Shown: positions 9,152-19,582, counted from the stretch's first letter. The stretch: DNA of 64,000 nt from an uncultured Pseudomonadota bacterium (GCA_902597385.1 CACJXQ010000001.1:31910-95909), one strand, 5' to 3'. A program made the numbers and translations. The notes: generated from the sequence alone by a model not told the origin.

Positions 9152-10387
9152 ATGTTCTCAATCAGATATTATGGGTGGCCAATGGTTGGCTTAGGCTTCC
9201 TTTTCTATGGTCTTGGGATTGCTCCGGCGTATTATAGTTGGGGTTTTTTTGCACCGGAGATAATAGCTGATCTTCACCTTACGCGGCAGCAAGTAGGAGA
9301 GATATTTGGTGCATTTGCTTTGATGTTATCTATAAGCAGCTTGGCCTCGTCCACCTTAATTAACCGATTGGGTCTCCGTGTGACGGTAACATTAGGAGGC
9401 TTGCTTGCGTCGATTGGTTGGCTTCTTGTTAGTCAGGCGAATTCGGTATCCCAGCTTTATATGAGCTATGCGCTTATCGGTGGTTTGGGTATCGGTCTCT
9501 CTACTCTGATACCAGCGCAAACTTTGGCCGTTTTTTGGTTTCGTCGTTATCGCGCGCGAGCTACTGCGATCATATTTTTTGGGGCAGCCTTTTTTGGAGC
9601 CATCGTTACTCCTATAGATGCTTATATTCTGACTGTTGCTGATTGGAGAGTGGCTTGGCTTTATATTTCCTTGATCTCACTTCTAGTCGCAATAGTTGGT
9701 GCGTTGTTTTTGCGCGATAAACCTGAGGACGTTGGCCAACAATGTGACGGGGATTCAATACAGGACAAAAATCTCTTTGAACCTATTAAATCTGAAGGCA
9801 AAGTGAGCTCCATTACCGTAAGACAAGCCGTCTTTACCCCTCAGTTTTTTTTCGCTACCTTTGCTGATGTTGCAAATGCTGTTCCGTGGCGCATTATTAC
9901 AGCGCACGGGAGGTTGCATATGGAGAGCTTGGGTTTCGCTCCCTCGTTAGCGGCAGCAATATTGGGCGTGAGAGTAGGGATGAGTGGGCTTGGTCGCTTG
10001 ATGGGTTCTCTGGGTGACTTCGTATCTCCTAGGTACATTATGGCGCTTGCGTTGCTATTTACTGCTACTGGCGTCGGAGGGTTTTGGTTCGCCAAGACAA
10101 GCTTTGTCGCGTATGTTTGTGTTGCCTTGATGGGGGTGGGCTATGGGGCAGCATTTACTACTATTCCAGTAATTTTTGGGAATTTATTTGGACGAGAGCC
10201 CTTTGTTGGTATAGCTGGCTTTCGTGTTGCGATAACTGGATTAGTCGGTTTTTATGGCGTGAGTTGGGCGGGTGCAGTTGCTGATCGCTCAGGTAACTAT
10301 GACCGGGTGCTGGTGATCTTAGCCCTTATATGTGCCGTGGCTTCCATTTTAATACTTCTTTGCAAAAAGTCGAAGCTGAAGGGATAA
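9152..10387 (+). CDS. MFS transporter (OFA-like)
   Basis: 12 TM segments and typical MFS layout. Confidence 0.75.
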   Translation: MFSIRYYGWPMVGLGFLFYGLGIAPAYYSWGFFAPEIIADLHLTRQQVGEIFGAFALMLSISSLASSTLINRLGLRVTVTLGGLLASIGWLLVSQANSVSQLYMSYALIGGLGIGLSTLIPAQTLAVFWFRRYRARATAIIFFGAAFFGAIVTPIDAYILTVADWRVAWLYISLISLLVAIVGALFLRDKPEDVGQQCDGDSIQDKNLFEPIKSEGKVSSITVRQAVFTPQFFFATFADVANAVPWRIITAHGRLHMESLGFAPSLAAAILGVRVGMSGLGRLMGSLGDFVSPRYIMALALLFTATGVGGFWFAKTSFVAYVCVALMGVGYGAAFTTIPVIFGNLFGREPFVGIAGFRVAITGLVGFYGVSWAGAVADRSGNYDRVLVILALICAVASILILLCKKSKLKG

Positions 10388-10468
10388 CATGTTGCGACTG
10401 CTTTTCTAAACGGTACTCTCCGGCTCACGTTGGTCAAGCGACCTATTTTCAGTCGATGAACAGCCTTT

Positions 10469-11542
10469 TTACAGTTTGCTAATTACTTCGTTTCCAAATT
10501 CGCGTATGAGTTGCCGTCCATCTGTTCCACATACATTGAGGGCAATGTTTGTGACGCCAGCGTCCTCTAATTGCCTGATTCTATCTCTCACTTCTCCAGC
10601 CTCCCCCGTTAGAGTCGATGCTTTTATGAGCTCCGGTGATAAGTATTTTTCTTCGCCCTCTTGCAAAAAAGTTAAATGGCCCTTGTGCATTTCTTGGTAT
10701 CTTTTTTTCATAGGTGTTTTCATTTTCATTATATGTTGGTCAAAATACTTTTTTGCTTTCTTAGCAAATTGTGGAGGTGAAAACGGTCCTACACTCATAT
10801 TTTCAGAAGACCAGTTGGTATGAAGCATCAGTATAGCGAATGGTCCGACTTGTTGAATTACCCTAGGTGACATAATGTCTTCACCTGGGCGTAAAATACA
10901 GCCAGAAGTTAAATTGGTCGTGTATACTGCCTCGATCGAGCGATCAAACGACTTCGCGGCTTTCTTGATAGTTTTTACGCCATTTGAAATATGGTCAGCG
11001 TTCAGGCCAATAGTTACCCATCCGTCTGCAATTTCCCCCACAAGCTCTAATGCTTTTGGACCATTGGATGCCATATGGATTGGAATATTATCTTTTACGT
11101 TTATGTAACCGCCGGTTGGGTTCAAAAAGCGAATGCTGCGAACTATTTTACCCTCTTGGTATTTTGTTTCCTTGCCGGATATTAGTTTGCGTATTACCCC
11201 AACCTCTTCTTTCATGGTTTTCAGTTTAATAGGTGGCATCCCCATTACATTTCTCCCCGTGAATCCTGTGCCCACACCAAGAATAGTTCTGCCAGGTGCC
11301 AATTCATTTATCGTGGCAATGGAATGTGCCGTTACGGGTGCAATACGATTTCCCAAAATCGATACTAGAGTTCCTATTTTTAGATAACGGGTATGTTCTG
11401 CGGCAAGGGCCATTGCTGCATACACATCGCTATAGCACATTTGGGAATCGTAAAACCAAGCATGCGAAAAGCCATAATCTTCAGCTAATTTAGCATCGTG
11501 ATAAGCCCTTATATAGGATGGAAAAGTAATTCCAAAGTCCAT
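10469..11542 (-). CDS. LLM-class flavin-dependent oxidoreductase (luciferase-like monooxygenase)
   Basis: MDFGITFP... TIM-barrel LLM N-terminus with a GVGTGF motif. Confidence 0.8.
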   Translation of the reverse strand: MDFGITFPSYIRAYHDAKLAEDYGFSHAWFYDSQMCYSDVYAAMALAAEHTRYLKIGTLVSILGNRIAPVTAHSIATINELAPGRTILGVGTGFTGRNVMGMPPIKLKTMKEEVGVIRKLISGKETKYQEGKIVRSIRFLNPTGGYINVKDNIPIHMASNGPKALELVGEIADGWVTIGLNADHISNGVKTIKKAAKSFDRSIEAVYTTNLTSGCILRPGEDIMSPRVIQQVGPFAILMLHTNWSSENMSVGPFSPPQFAKKAKKYFDQHIMKMKTPMKKRYQEMHKGHLTFLQEGEEKYLSPELIKASTLTGEAGEVRDRIRQLEDAGVTNIALNVCGTDGRQLIREFGNEVISKL

Positions 11543-11633
11543 AGTGTTTCTCCAATAATTTATCTTTTTTCAGAAGATGCAGAAATTATAGCAGGCGAGA
11601 AATAAAAATGTCGTGGGGGAGAACTCCTTAAGC

Positions 11634-12890
11634 TCAGTTAAAAGCCTGTTCTAATCTGCCTCGCTTGAAACCAAATTTTATTATGCCACCGATAATAGTT
11701 AGGTTTATTATGTTGGCAGTGATGCCAGCTAGAAAGCCAGTGCTGTAATTATTTAATAGCGCATAAATCCTGCCGGCTATTTCCGGTCCGAGAGCCATCC
11801 CAACCGCACCAAAGAAAACTACTAATCCTACTTTGAAACCTAACCCCTCTGCGGGAAGATATTCTCGAAGTATGACGGGATAACAAGGGAGTATTCCCCC
11901 AAAACCGATGCCAAATATTATTCCTGCTAAATATAAATATGCTAAACCGTCAGAAATGGTAAGACCAATCAGGCCAATCGCCTGAAGAGACGATGCAGTA
12001 AAGAGGGTCTTAAGGCCGCCTATGCGATCGCAGATAAAACCCCATATAATTCGAGCTATCACTGAAGAGGTCATAAGGGCCGATAACAAAATTGCACCCT
12101 CCTCTATACTAAAACCAATACTCTTAGCATAATTAGGAAGGTGGACCATAGGCATAGACATCGCTATGCAACAGCCCACTACTGCCATGCATAAAAGACA
12201 AACAAATAGATGAGCTGGGACTACAAATAATTTAATTTGAGCCTTTTCATCATTCGCGGTGACAGATTCTACGCTTTCGGGAGGTCTATTTCCTCTAAGA
12301 AGGAAGCACATTGGGAGCATTGTAATTAAAGCGAATATTGCGAAAGCTCGATAGCAAGAAGAGAAACCGTATTGAGCATTCCACCAGAATAATATTGGTG
12401 GCCACACAGCGCCCCCTAAAGCATTTCCAGCACCAACTACAGCGGAGGCAATACCTCTGCGCTCCTTGAACCAAAGCATCGTATTTGAGAGTAGAGGTGC
12501 AACCAAGGCCGCGTTACCAAGAGCACCTAGCAAAAGCCCATACACTATTACTATTACATTAAAATCTCTAATTTCTGAAATTAAGTAACAACCTGCGGCT
12601 ATCGATAGACTGCCTAAAATAGCAGGCCCGAAAGGTCCTTTTTTATCAGCCACCCAGCCCATCAGTATTCCCCCTATCCCCATTCCCACCATTGCTGCAC
12701 CATAGGGTAAAGAGGCCGATTCAGCTGATATTCCTAGCTCGGTTACTTGGGGAACAATGGCAATGGCAACGAGATAAAATATCCCCGAGCCAATGGTAGC
12801 TAATCCCAAAGAACTAAAGGCAACGACCCACGCGTAAGCTGAATCAACTTGATATATATTTTTTTTCAAAGGACACTCAGCTTCGCTCAT
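11634..12890 (-). CDS. MFS transporter
   Basis: 12 TM hydrophobic profile. Confidence 0.75.
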   Translation of the reverse strand: MSEAECPLKKNIYQVDSAYAWVVAFSSLGLATIGSGIFYLVAIAIVPQVTELGISAESASLPYGAAMVGMGIGGILMGWVADKKGPFGPAILGSLSIAAGCYLISEIRDFNVIVIVYGLLLGALGNAALVAPLLSNTMLWFKERRGIASAVVGAGNALGGAVWPPILFWWNAQYGFSSCYRAFAIFALITMLPMCFLLRGNRPPESVESVTANDEKAQIKLFVVPAHLFVCLLCMAVVGCCIAMSMPMVHLPNYAKSIGFSIEEGAILLSALMTSSVIARIIWGFICDRIGGLKTLFTASSLQAIGLIGLTISDGLAYLYLAGIIFGIGFGGILPCYPVILREYLPAEGLGFKVGLVVFFGAVGMALGPEIAGRIYALLNNYSTGFLAGITANIINLTIIGGIIKFGFKRGRLEQAFN

Positions 12891-13094
12891 TAATTAGGAG
12901 TCACTCTATCATGTATCCCACTTACATTGAATTCGGGAAATCTAGACTCAGTAGATTTTTTCTTGATTAGATTATGGAAGTGCTACTGTCTAGGATTTGT
13001 GCCATTAACAGCAACAACATTAAGGTCCGGCAAAAGACATATTCGCTTCATAAGCAGATGCAAGTATTGATTAGTTCAGGAGTTCTTCGCGTTC

Positions 13095-14198
13095 TTAGTT
13101 ATGCCCTGGAATTTGGAATGGTTTCTTCCAACTTGCTCCATGCTTTAGAACTCTAAATTTATTGGTTAACACTCCCGCTTTCTCTAATGCAGATTGCAGC
13201 TTTCTGGGTGGCTCATCCATCTTTTCTAAAGTGAGTTTAAAAGTGCCCCAATGAATAGCTAGGGCATATTCTGAACCGAGATCTTGAAAGACCTTGACTG
13301 CCTCGGTGGGGTTGATATGTGAGGATTTCATGAAATCTCGTGGTTCGTAGGCCCCTATTGGTATGGCGGAGAGGGTAGGTCTTCCTAGTTTTTGCGCAGT
13401 TAGCTTGAAGTCTTGTGAATAGCCGGTGTCACCCGCAAAGTAAAATGAGAAATCGGACCACCTCACCATCCATCCAGCCCAAAGGCTCTTATTACGATCA
13501 AACGGCGTACGTTTAGACCAATGTTTCACCGGAGTGGGTTGAATGTTCGCATCGGAGAAATCAACGGCTTGCCACCAGTCCAGCTCTTCAACCGACTGCA
13601 CCCCCCATTTTTTTAAAAGGCCTTTTAGTCCCAGAGGAACCAGATATTTTATTCCGGGCTGTAGTTCGACTAGTTTTTTTATGCTCTTCTCGTCAAGATG
13701 ATCGTAATGATTATGACTGATGAGAACCACGTCAACTTCTGGTAAGTCAGATATTTTAAATGGAACAGGCGTTACCCGTTTCGGCCCAACAAATCGAAAA
13801 GGTGATGCTCTATAGTAAAATTGAGGGTCAGTTAATATTGTTAAGTCATTATAATTCAGCAAAATTGTCGAGTGACCAACCCAAATGACATTATTTCGGA
13901 AATCATTCAGTTTGTCTCTCGAGTTGATCTCTACTGGAAAACCCTTGATCTCGGATGCATCCCTATCACGTGTGAAGTAGTCAAAGGCGAAACTAGAAAA
14001 CTCTTTGAAGGTTTCCTTGTCTTCGATGCCACTCAAATTTTGGAAGCGTTTAGTGTTTTGGTTAAAATTGGAAGAGTCATAATATGAGCCTTTGCCAGAG
14101 CAAGCGGAATTAGAGAGCATTAAGAGCAACCCTAAGACTACAAACTTTGGTGACTGCGAGTTATTAAAAGAAATAGAGGGTCGTAATTTACCCAGCAT
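13095..14198 (-). CDS. MBL-fold metallo-hydrolase, NAPE-PLD-like, secreted
   Basis: Signal peptide. The HSTILL...LTDP and SHNHYDHLD metal-binding motifs are typical of the NAPE-PLD/beta-lactamase-fold family. Confidence 0.7.
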   Translation of the reverse strand: MLGKLRPSISFNNSQSPKFVVLGLLLMLSNSACSGKGSYYDSSNFNQNTKRFQNLSGIEDKETFKEFSSFAFDYFTRDRDASEIKGFPVEINSRDKLNDFRNNVIWVGHSTILLNYNDLTILTDPQFYYRASPFRFVGPKRVTPVPFKISDLPEVDVVLISHNHYDHLDEKSIKKLVELQPGIKYLVPLGLKGLLKKWGVQSVEELDWWQAVDFSDANIQPTPVKHWSKRTPFDRNKSLWAGWMVRWSDFSFYFAGDTGYSQDFKLTAQKLGRPTLSAIPIGAYEPRDFMKSSHINPTEAVKVFQDLGSEYALAIHWGTFKLTLEKMDEPPRKLQSALEKAGVLTNKFRVLKHGASWKKPFQIPGHN

Positions 14199-14570
14199 TG
14201 TTAAGTTCCGAAAATTAGCTTAAAGACGATGATGGAGATACCCAGATCCACCAGAATCCTTATCATAAAATTAGTCTAATACTTTTTCCAAACTTTTTTG
14301 TGTTAGTTTTTTGATTGGCTTCTTTCTTAATGTTCTATGAAAACAATAATTGTAGACTTGATCAGTTTGTTGTGCCCGACGAATAATTTTATGGCAACAG
14401 TCATTGAGAATCCGAATTAAACAATAATTATTAGTTGAAAAGTATAAATCAGTCTAAACCTACATATCATTGCAATCGTGTAACTTCGGTATGTTTTTGA
14501 TTCACCGCTGGCGCGAGTTGGCTCGTACTAACATTTTATCTAGCTGGAAATCAGCTTTCGGAGTGTTCTT

Positions 14571-14798
14571 ATGCTAAAGAAAGGGTTTCGTTTGCCATCA
14601 TATTCGGAATCTGAGACTAATGAATTTATTCAAATGGCGCTTTCCGACGACGTTCCGTTCCGAAGTATAACGGCGCACTTTGGCATAAAAGAACAACAAG
14701 TCAAAGAAATAATGAGGGCGTCTATCTCCAAGAAAGGCTATATCCGTTGGAGAAAACGGGTCAACAGATTAACGAAGAGAAGACACTGCTACAAATAG
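14571..14798 (+). CDS. Small conserved hypothetical protein (possibly the DUF2805/TIGR03643 family)
   Basis: 75-aa ORF. The C-terminal RWRKRVNRLTKRRHCYK basic tail resembles that family from memory only. Confidence 0.35.
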   Translation: MLKKGFRLPSYSESETNEFIQMALSDDVPFRSITAHFGIKEQQVKEIMRASISKKGYIRWRKRVNRLTKRRHCYK

Positions 14799-14922
14799 TG
14801 AAACATTATAGCGGGCTTACCTTATGGTTTTTATCGTTATATCGTGATGCAACCTCTATAAAGTAGTTTCGGCGAAGAAATAGCTGACGACTTCAACACC
14901 AGAAATCGTCAGCCTTCTTAAA

Positions 14923-15648
14923 TCAAGAAATCAATTTTTCTACTCGGCTCTGGTTAGACGCGATCTTTCTCTGATTATCCTCTATACCTTTGCGCCTAGC
15001 CAATATTCCAGCGGAATTCTTCTCAATAGCAGCCCTATTTTTGGCAGCTGTTTTGAGTAGACCGAGTATCGTCGATGCGTTTCCCTTGGCAACTTTTAGG
15101 ATTTTTCCTAGCCTTTCCTTGTTGCGGGCAATTCTTCGGGCATTTGAAGCAGGCGTGGCGGCCTTTGGCGATAAACCAGTAGCTAAAAATTTGGAATTTA
15201 AGGCGACATTCTTACTATTGAAGGAAACGATGCTTTCGTTAGATTTCATAATTTTGGAGTTTATCTCAATGAGTTTAGTATTTACCTCCGCCATCATCCT
15301 GTTGACTTCCAAAACTGATGCGTTTAATGCCGCTCGGTGTTCTAGATAATCTATTGAGGCTTCGTTCATGCAGGATTCCACATAGTTTCGTTGCACATCA
15401 GTTTGCGTGTCTAAACTACTCAAGATAGTTTTCCGATTTCTGAAAATATCGTCCGTATTTTGGTTAGCCAACTGTCTGTTTCCCATGAAAGCTGCGGTAT
15501 AATTTTTTAAAATAAGAGCTCTGTTTTCTTCGATGGAAGAGCGTGTCGCATAAGCGTTAGCTTTATTCGCAGTCACCTGACATTCAAGTCCAAAAACTGC
15601 TTTTCTGTTCTTCATTATATTCTTTCTGTTGGATTTAGCGGTCGCCAT
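14923..15648 (-). CDS. Hypothetical protein with 11-residue amphipathic repeats (coiled-coil or lipid-surface-binding type)
   Basis: Start placed at the ATG at 15648 (MATAKSN...), preceded by a GAGGAGAA RBS. Repeats include IEENRALILKN, IEINSKIMKSN, VALNSKFL and IEKNSAGILARRKGIEDNQRKIASNQ. Confidence 0.5.
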   Translation of the reverse strand: MATAKSNRKNIMKNRKAVFGLECQVTANKANAYATRSSIEENRALILKNYTAAFMGNRQLANQNTDDIFRNRKTILSSLDTQTDVQRNYVESCMNEASIDYLEHRAALNASVLEVNRMMAEVNTKLIEINSKIMKSNESIVSFNSKNVALNSKFLATGLSPKAATPASNARRIARNKERLGKILKVAKGNASTILGLLKTAAKNRAAIEKNSAGILARRKGIEDNQRKIASNQSRVEKLIS

Positions 15649-15906
15649 TTTAAATTCTCCTCGTCTTAGATGTAGTTGTTTCAAGCATTTGACTTGAACT
15701 GTATCGTTCTCACTTCCCAGTTAAGAAAATCAAGTCAAACCTGCGAAGATTCACATGGTATCTTGAATTTTTTCCGAATCTAGGACCCCCAGTTTAGAAT
15801 TTAACGCGAATTATTCTCATTTGTCTACAAATTAGACGATTTTCCATCAGGCGAATTGTGGTAGGTCGTGGTTCATTCTAGTTTTGAAAAAAATTAAGTT
15901 TTTATT

Positions 15907-16047
15907 CTAGTTGCCTGAAGTGCTAAGCAACCAAATTACTAGAGCTGTAATTAGTAGTAGAGGTGCTACTGCTCCTCGCACCTCGTATTTAAAAAGAAAA
16001 GCGAATAGTAAAAGCCAAATTGTTATGATGATTATCAGAAATATCAT
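15907..16047 (-). CDS. Possible 46-aa hydrophobic peptide (MIFLIIIITIWLLLFAFLFKYEVRGAVAPLLLITALVIWLLSTSGN), not in the ORF track
   Basis: Clean ATG..TAG ORF in a 440-bp AT-rich gap. Two predicted TM helices and a weak RBS. Confidence 0.2.
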   Translation of the reverse strand: MIFLIIIITIWLLLFAFLFKYEVRGAVAPLLLITALVIWLLSTSGN

Positions 16048-16125
16048 TATTAGCTTTGAATGACCTTTTCTAAGTAAATATACCACTTAACGCACATCGG
16101 AATATTATTCTTCGGAACATTTTGT

Positions 16126-17016
16126 TTAGGGTATTTTTCTTTTTTCAACCTTCGACAGTTGATCAGTATTGAAGTGGGCTTTATTGCGAGGGCCTCGCCC
16201 GAGCGCTAGCTCGGGCACCATAATATCGAATTCCTCAGCGACATTTTCTGGATCTGAAAAATAGCCTAATCCGTAGGAGCCTTGTGTGTATCCTACGAGC
16301 TCTTGGAGCTCTTCATCGAGGGTTTTGGCAATGTGTGGAGGGCATGAGAGAAACTGATTTTCTTGTTGTCTAAGCCAAGCGAGACAATAGGTGAGATTCA
16401 ACCCTGTTCGAGGTGTATCAGATATATTCTTCCCACCTCCATGCAGTACCGAGCCTGTATATAACAGTACGGAGCCCTTGGACATCTCTATTGTATCAAT
16501 TTCGTCGTTCTGTGCTTGTCTATCCCAAGCCCAGTTCTGAGAACCCGGTATCAATTTCGTGGCCCCGTTTTCGATATTAAAGTCTGTAATAGCCCATAGC
16601 GTATTAAATTGAGGTTCGATTTCTTTTGGTATGTGAGTTCCCCATGCGAACCGATCTCGATGTATTAATTGGGCCTCAGAGTGAGGATATATGGTAGTTG
16701 CTTGTGTGAGATGTAATGTGATTTTCTCTGTGTATTTGGCGAGAAATTTTCTCGCCAAATAGAGAATCCGTTTGTCTACTATAAAGTTACGACTGCTTGG
16801 AGTTCGCGCTATAAGTGCACCCACTCTTCGCGTCAGCTTTCCCGAGAAATCGTCTCTACCGTAGGGAGAAGCGCTAAGAAAAGGTCTAAGTTCGGATTCG
16901 AATTTTTCTATTGCCTTTTTTTCTGCAGCGTCAATTAGAACCGCAGCCCCATCTTCTATGATTGCTTGAAGAACCTTATCTAATTCTGTATCCAGTCCGA
17001 AATACTGTATGGGCAT
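16126..17016 (-). CDS. Phytanoyl-CoA dioxygenase (PhyH) family protein
   Basis: HRD...H facial-triad spacing and overall PhyH-like length and motifs. Confidence 0.7.
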   Translation of the reverse strand: MPIQYFGLDTELDKVLQAIIEDGAAVLIDAAEKKAIEKFESELRPFLSASPYGRDDFSGKLTRRVGALIARTPSSRNFIVDKRILYLARKFLAKYTEKITLHLTQATTIYPHSEAQLIHRDRFAWGTHIPKEIEPQFNTLWAITDFNIENGATKLIPGSQNWAWDRQAQNDEIDTIEMSKGSVLLYTGSVLHGGGKNISDTPRTGLNLTYCLAWLRQQENQFLSCPPHIAKTLDEELQELVGYTQGSYGLGYFSDPENVAEEFDIMVPELALGRGPRNKAHFNTDQLSKVEKRKIP

Positions 17017-17352
17017 CGTTCTCCCTCCATTAAATTGATTCGAGCATTATAATTCTAGGCTTCGTAAGCGCAACGCAGCATGAGCAGCTGCTCCATTGAG
17101 ACCGATTATTTTCAAATCTTCCCATTTTCTCCATGTAATGAAAATCAATAGAGATAGAACCCCCGTAGTGTAAGTCACACTCCGAGACTTTCGCAATGTA
17201 GATTTTTCGTTTTAGAAAACCTAAGTACATAGATGGTATCCTGTTAACCTTATAAATTTATTTCTAAAAATGTGACAATACTTGGGATAACATCCCTTTC
17301 CAAGATAACTATAATAAGTTGGAAAACTAATTTTACACAGGAGGTTGTAAAA

Positions 17353-19071
17353 ATGCTTGATCTGGTTATTAAGGATGCAAAGATAGTTGATGGAAGTGGA
17401 CGCCCAAGTTTCTATGGTGATGTTGGCGTTCAAGGCGATAAGATAGTTTTTGTAGGAGCGAAGGCGGCAAGAGGAAAACAAGAGGTTAATGCTGAGGGCA
17501 GATTGTTGTTACCTGGTTGGGTTGATGTGCACACACACTACGATGGTCAAGCTACTTGGGATGAATACCTCACTCCATCCTGTTGGCACGGTGTTACGAC
17601 CGCCATCATGGGTAACTGTGGAGTTGGTTTTGCGCCCGCAGATCCTGGTAAGCGAGAATGGCTAATTGGTCTAATGGAAGGTGTAGAAGATATACCAGGG
17701 ACAGCGCTTGCCGAAGGTATCCAGTGGGAATGGGAAAGTTTTCCGGAGTATCTAAATGCCCTAGAAGCTAAACCTAGGGTCATGAATTTGGCTGCCCAAA
17801 TACCTCATGGCCCTGTGAGGGCTTATGTGATGGGTGAGGCTGGAGCCCAAAATGTCGCCGCAAGTGATCAGCAAATGTTGAAGATGGCCGCAATAGTTAG
17901 AGAAGCAATTCGGGAAGGAGCTCTTGGTTTTTCTACCTCCAGAACTGTTTTGCATAGATCAATTGATGGTGAGTTGGTTCCAGGTACCAATGCAGATGCT
18001 GCCGAATTAATAACAATAGCCAAAGCTATGGGAGACGTGGGTAATCCTGTTTTTGAGGTGGCGTCTGATCTTGCGCCCGAATCAAAAGAGCTCGGCTGGA
18101 TGGAAGATATTCTCAATACCGGATGCAAGATTACATACGCTTGCGTTCAAAATGACTTTGACCCAGAGCAGTGGCGGCGATTGCTTTCCCATGCTAAGAG
18201 GTTTCCAGGGAAAATTTTCCCCCAAGTAGCTATAAGGCCGCCAGGGGTTCTCATGTGTTTAGAGGGAACACATCCGTTTTCTGGAAGGAAGACCTATATA
18301 GAGCTCCAAAAATTACCATTGAACGAGCGGATAAATCGGCTAAAAAGTCCTGAAATCAAGAGAAAAATATTAGGCGAGGCCGGCACTAAAGCGAGTTCAC
18401 TTTTAAGATTATTATTCATAGAGGGTAAGGAGATTAGTTCAAAAATAACTGATTACGACAGGATTTTTACCCTAAATAATCCACCAGAATACGAACCAGA
18501 AGCTAGTTCTAGTGTCGCGGCGATCGCTGCTATTGCCGGTTGTGATGTCGAGGAAATGGCCTACGATTTGCTCTTAGAAGATGAAGGTCGAGCGTTTCTA
18601 TACTCGCCACTTTTCAATTATGTGTCAGGTAATTATGATGATGCTAGAACAATGATGCTCGACGAACATACAGTTGTCGGTATAAGTGATGGCGGTGCGC
18701 ACTGCGGAATGATATGCGATGCCAGTGCTCCTACTTATTTACTTCAGCATTTTGTAAGAGACAGGACCCGCGGTCCACGGATAGGATTGGAGCAAGCCGT
18801 AAAGCTACAAACATATGATACGGCATCTCTCTATGGATTGTCCGATAGAGGTCTAATACAAGAAGGGCAAAGGGCGGATTTGAATTTGGTAGATTTTGAT
18901 AAATTGGAGCTGACTGTTCCAGAAATGGTTGATGACTTGCCTGCTTTTGGGAAACGCCTAATTCAAAGGGCGGAAGGATATGAGGCGACCTTTGTCGGTG
19001 GTAAAATGACTTTCAAGAATGGTGAAGCTACTGGCATTCTTCCAGGAAAATTGGTTAGAGGAAAGACTTAG
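17353..19071 (+). CDS. Amidohydrolase, N-acyl-D-amino-acid deacylase (D-aminoacylase) family
   Basis: ATG at 17353 with an AGGAGG RBS. LPGWVDVHTHYDG metal-binding motif and a C-terminal composite domain. Confidence 0.75.
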   Translation: MLDLVIKDAKIVDGSGRPSFYGDVGVQGDKIVFVGAKAARGKQEVNAEGRLLLPGWVDVHTHYDGQATWDEYLTPSCWHGVTTAIMGNCGVGFAPADPGKREWLIGLMEGVEDIPGTALAEGIQWEWESFPEYLNALEAKPRVMNLAAQIPHGPVRAYVMGEAGAQNVAASDQQMLKMAAIVREAIREGALGFSTSRTVLHRSIDGELVPGTNADAAELITIAKAMGDVGNPVFEVASDLAPESKELGWMEDILNTGCKITYACVQNDFDPEQWRRLLSHAKRFPGKIFPQVAIRPPGVLMCLEGTHPFSGRKTYIELQKLPLNERINRLKSPEIKRKILGEAGTKASSLLRLLFIEGKEISSKITDYDRIFTLNNPPEYEPEASSSVAAIAAIAGCDVEEMAYDLLLEDEGRAFLYSPLFNYVSGNYDDARTMMLDEHTVVGISDGGAHCGMICDASAPTYLLQHFVRDRTRGPRIGLEQAVKLQTYDTASLYGLSDRGLIQEGQRADLNLVDFDKLELTVPEMVDDLPAFGKRLIQRAEGYEATFVGGKMTFKNGEATGILPGKLVRGKT

Positions 19072-19219
19072 ACTATATTACTTAATTTTCTCCTGTGAAC
19101 AATCCTCATGAAGGAGAAGGGCCTATATTTAAGGGGGTATTCACTCGGCCTAAAGGTTGGCCGGTCAAATCTATTTGGTTTTACTAAGATTTAATCAATT
19201 ATAAAATTTTGCTAGATAA

Positions 19220-19582
19220 ATGATTCGAAAATATAACTGGAAAAAATGGCCCACCGTAATCATTGTGACGGTTGTTATAATGAATTACTGGCAGCATCAG
19301 AATTATAAAAAAAACGTTGCTGCAATTTTTTCCGAAAGCCTGACTAAAGCAAATTACAATCTTCCCACAGTCGATGAAGTTAAGCTACCTCTCGGCTTTA
19401 CCTTTCTAGCCCTTAAAAGCTCTAGCGAAATTACTTTTGGGGTTGGAGAGGCTAGGAAGAGTGTTTTTTTGAGGGTCACTCCAGTTGGGAAATTACCACT
19501 AATTTGGTTTCTCATTGATTCGGCATATCATCTGGATATAGCGCCTGAGGAGCTAGATAAGCTCTATATGTATAGGGATTAA
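19220..19582 (+). CDS. Hypothetical protein with an N-terminal TM helix
   Basis: 120-aa ORF with no recognised motif. Confidence 0.3.
   Translation: MIRKYNWKKWPTVIIVTVVIMNYWQHQNYKKNVAAIFSESLTKANYNLPTVDEVKLPLGFTFLALKSSSEITFGVGEARKSVFLRVTPVGKLPLIWFLIDSAYHLDIAPEELDKLYMYRD

Noticed and set aside
17030-17481. Two small minus-strand ORFs (66 and 86 aa) upstream of and overlapping the amidohydrolase start
   Set aside because: They are AT-rich promoter-region ORFs with no RBS, and the 86-aa one overlaps the real '+' gene.
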